NCBI GenBank assembly: GCA_038883855.1
Contig: JAVZLH010000002.1
Span: 1 to 64,000, forward strand
DNA: 64,000 nucleotides
Direction: 5' to 3'
Origin: Candidatus Bathyarchaeia archaeon
Lineage (GTDB): Archaea; Thermoproteota; Bathyarchaeia; Bathyarchaeales; Bathycorpusculaceae
Of this stretch, positions 61,527 through 64,000 are shown in pieces. The position numbers were made by a program, and so were the translations under genes. Under the pieces are notes generated by a model. That model did not search any database and had not been told where the DNA came from. It worked only from the letters and a program-made list of their open reading frames with translations. Positions within the stretch are counted from its first letter, which is position 1; each line of letters opens with the position of its first letter.

Positions 61527-63022
61527 AGCCAGAATTTATTGTCGAGCGAGACGACCAGAAGTGTATACGATGTAAGGTTTGCATAAACCAGTGTACCTAC
61601 GATGTACACTATTATGATCCCGAAGACGACGTTATCAAAAGCCTTAACGAAAATTGTGTAAACTGCCATCGTTGTGTGGTGTTCTGCCCCACGAAAGCGA
61701 TAACGATAAAGAGGAACCCGACGCGGTACACTGAGAACTGGCATTGGACCCAAGAAGTCATAACAGCAATTAAGAAACAGGCTGAAAGTGGTGGAGTAAT
61801 CTTAACAGGTATGGGATGTGACAAGCCCCATTACACTTACTGGGATAAAATTCTTCTCAATGCCAGCCAAGTGACTAATCCATCAATAGACCCGCTAAGA
61901 GAACCGATGGAGCTTAGAACATTTTTAGGCTCAAAACCTGATAAGCTTGAACTTGAATTGGAAAGCGGTGATTTAGTATTAAAAACGAAGTTGTCGCCCC
62001 AACTGTGCGTTGAAACTCCGATTCTCTTTGCAGGAATGTCCTATGGAGCTGTAAGTTTCAACGTTCACCTAGCATTGGCTCGAGCCGCTGCGCAATTCGG
62101 CACTTTAATGAATACTGGCGAAGGTGGTTTAGACAAGCGACTATACAAATATGGAGACCACGTAATTGTTCAGGTGGCTTCAGGACGCTTCGGTGTCAGC
62201 CCAGACTATTTAAATGTGGGTGCAGCAATAGAAATTAAAATTGGGCAAGGAGCCAAGCCAGGAATAGGCGGCCATCTTCCGGGAGAGAAAGTCACAGAAG
62301 ACATATCCAAAACACGCATGATTCCGGTCGGAACGGATGCTTTATCGCCAGCACCCCAACATGATATATACTCAATTGAAGATTTGCGTCAACTAATCTA
62401 TGCCTTGAAAGAGGCTACAGATTATACCAAGCCTGTTGGCGTCAAGATAGCCGCTGTACATAACTCTGCCGCCATCGCAAGTGGCATGGTTCGAGCCGGA
62501 GCCGACATAATCGTTCTTGATGGAGTTAGAGGTTCAACCGGCGCGGCACCTAAACTCATTCGGGATAATGTCGGCATCCCCATAGAGTTGGCTTTAGCTT
62601 CGGTGGATCAACGCTTAAGGGAGGAAGGCATTCGCAACAAGGCATCCATAATAGTGTCAGGGGGCATAAGAAGCAGCGCCGACGTTGTAAAGGCAATTGC
62701 CTTAGGAGCAGATGCTGTGTACATTGGCACAGCTGCCTTGGTAGCTATTGGCTGTACTTTGTGCCAGAAATGTTACACAGGGAAATGTCCATGGGGCATA
62801 GCAACTACGGATCCATGGATTTCTAAGCGTGTTAATCCAGACATCGCTACAAGGAGACTTGTTAACCTTCTGCAATCGTGGAGTCTCGAGATCAAAGAAA
62901 TGATGGGCGGCATGGGCATAAACTCCATTGAAAGCCTCCGCGGCAACCGTTCACAACTTCGTGGCGTGGGATTAACAGACATCGAACTTAAGATTCTAGG
63001 AATAAAAATGGCTGGTGAATGA
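61511..63022 (+). CDS. Glutamate synthase FMN subunit with N-terminal 2x[4Fe-4S] (GltB2/GlxD-like), apparent ATC start
   Basis: The frame is open from TGA 61499: IKSYIEPEFIVERDDQKCIRCKVCINQC...CVNCHRCVVFCP, then MSYGA, NTGEGG, QVASGRFGV, KIGQGAKPGIGGHLPG.KV and CTLCQKCYTGKCPWGI. Confidence 0.9.
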   Translation: MKSYIEPEFIVERDDQKCIRCKVCINQCTYDVHYYDPEDDVIKSLNENCVNCHRCVVFCPTKAITIKRNPTRYTENWHWTQEVITAIKKQAESGGVILTGMGCDKPHYTYWDKILLNASQVTNPSIDPLREPMELRTFLGSKPDKLELELESGDLVLKTKLSPQLCVETPILFAGMSYGAVSFNVHLALARAAAQFGTLMNTGEGGLDKRLYKYGDHVIVQVASGRFGVSPDYLNVGAAIEIKIGQGAKPGIGGHLPGEKVTEDISKTRMIPVGTDALSPAPQHDIYSIEDLRQLIYALKEATDYTKPVGVKIAAVHNSAAIASGMVRAGADIIVLDGVRGSTGAAPKLIRDNVGIPIELALASVDQRLREEGIRNKASIIVSGGIRSSADVVKAIALGADAVYIGTAALVAIGCTLCQKCYTGKCPWGIATTDPWISKRVNPDIATRRLVNLLQSWSLEIKEMMGGMGINSIESLRGNRSQLRGVGLTDIELKILGIKMAGE

Positions 63023-63025
63023 AAA

Positions 63026-63799
63026 ATGAAACCCGCTAAACGTTCAGGGCAAGACTCCATCAGGGATGATGTTGCAATCATAAACGCTGAAGGTATGCAT
63101 TACCAAGACTTGCACTTTCTAATAAAATCCCACAGTAACTCTTCTAGGAGGATAGACATCTACAACGTTAACGGACAAAGATACATAGGCACCAGCCTCA
63201 AAAATAACGTTGAACTTCACCTGTACGGAACACCCGGCAACGACCTCGCAGCCTTTATGGACGGTCCCACAATTTACGTCCATGGCAACGCACAGGATGG
63301 CGTTGGAAACACCATGAGCAATGGAAAAGTTGTTGTTTATGGACGCGCAGGAGACATAGTCGGGTATTCCATGCGAGGTGGCAAAATCTTCATTCGTGAT
63401 GACGCAGGATACAGGGTTGGCATACACATGAAAGAGTATGGCAACCAAAAACCCATCCTCGTAGTCGGGGGCACTGCTCAAGACTTTTTAGGAGAGTATA
63501 TGGCTGGAGGAATCTTAGTCATTTTAGGACTAACATTGAAAGATGGAGAAACTCACAAAGCTAAATTTGTAGGCACCGGGATGCATGGCGGCGTAATGTA
63601 TATCAGAGGTCAACCGGCACATACAGGAAAAGAGGTAAAGATCACAGAGCTTGAAAAAGATGACGAGGCCGTGCTTAGACCCATCATTGAGGAGTTTTGC
63701 AACTACTTCAACTTCGACGTTGACACCATACCCCTAAGAGAATTTAAAAAACTGATTCCGCTTTCAACTAGACCATACGGAAAACTTTACGCCTACTAA
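63026..63799 (+). CDS. GXGXG-domain subunit of a split glutamate synthase (GltB3/GlxC-like)
   Basis: GQRYIG, GTPGNDLAAFM, GNAQDGVGNTM, FLGEYMAGG and GTGMHGG. Confidence 0.92.
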   Translation: MKPAKRSGQDSIRDDVAIINAEGMHYQDLHFLIKSHSNSSRRIDIYNVNGQRYIGTSLKNNVELHLYGTPGNDLAAFMDGPTIYVHGNAQDGVGNTMSNGKVVVYGRAGDIVGYSMRGGKIFIRDDAGYRVGIHMKEYGNQKPILVVGGTAQDFLGEYMAGGILVILGLTLKDGETHKAKFVGTGMHGGVMYIRGQPAHTGKEVKITELEKDDEAVLRPIIEEFCNYFNFDVDTIPLREFKKLIPLSTRPYGKLYAY

Positions 63800-63957
63800 A
63801 CACCGCAGGCCGCGCCGTATTGTTCTCTGGGCTGCTTCAAGCTTCTCATAACCAGCCTTCTCCTTAACCTCCCGTGCATGGTGACAGCCAAAGTTTCAAC
63901 GTTTGCAAAGCCTGTGTCCCTAAGCTTTTTGGCTACTGATTTGCCAGCTATATTCAT
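63796..63957 (-). pseudogene. Fragment resembling the RadA N-terminal HhH domain
   Basis: GKSVAKKLRDTGFANVETLAVT, then after a one-base shift AREVKEKAGYEKLEAAQR. No ATPase domain follows. Confidence 0.4.
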
Positions 63958-64000
63958 AGCCTGTAAACTTGCTCCAATAGTGGAGAAAAGCCAAAAAGCC

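Overview
This window is an archaeal chromosome segment. Gene content, the intron-containing tRNAs and the integrase style point to TACK archaea, most likely Bathyarchaeia (inference). 1-40.5 kb is mostly housekeeping and RNA metabolism: an MtdB-like dehydrogenase fragment, TET peptidase, archease and RtcB, adk, a DEAD-box helicase, Alba, Tsr3, NnrE/D, TiaS, AlaRS, LeuRS, HisRS, MtnA, an EndA subunit lacking the catalytic His, Nop2/NIP7 and an EF-2 with an altered switch I. tRNA-Arg(UCU) and tRNA-Gly(UCC) carry non-canonical BHB introns. About 41.3-49 kb is a decaying accessory region with CPBP pseudogenes, a DUF1614 fragment, CDC48 and a tyrosine-integrase remnant abutting tRNA-Val(GAC). It also holds an intact cassette, partly missed by the ORF track: a 17-aa peptide ending RGPP-stop with a strong SD, divergent from an HTH gene across a palindromic promoter. 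49.7-63.8 kb is a nitrogen-assimilation island: NrpR, an operon of an FMN glutamate-synthase-like protein, a Cys-repeat protein and NfnAB/SudAB with altered NAD(P) motifs, glnA, three Lrp/AsnC genes and a split glutamate synthase operon whose FMN subunit appears to start at ATC. All assignments come from reading motifs by eye; no searches were run.
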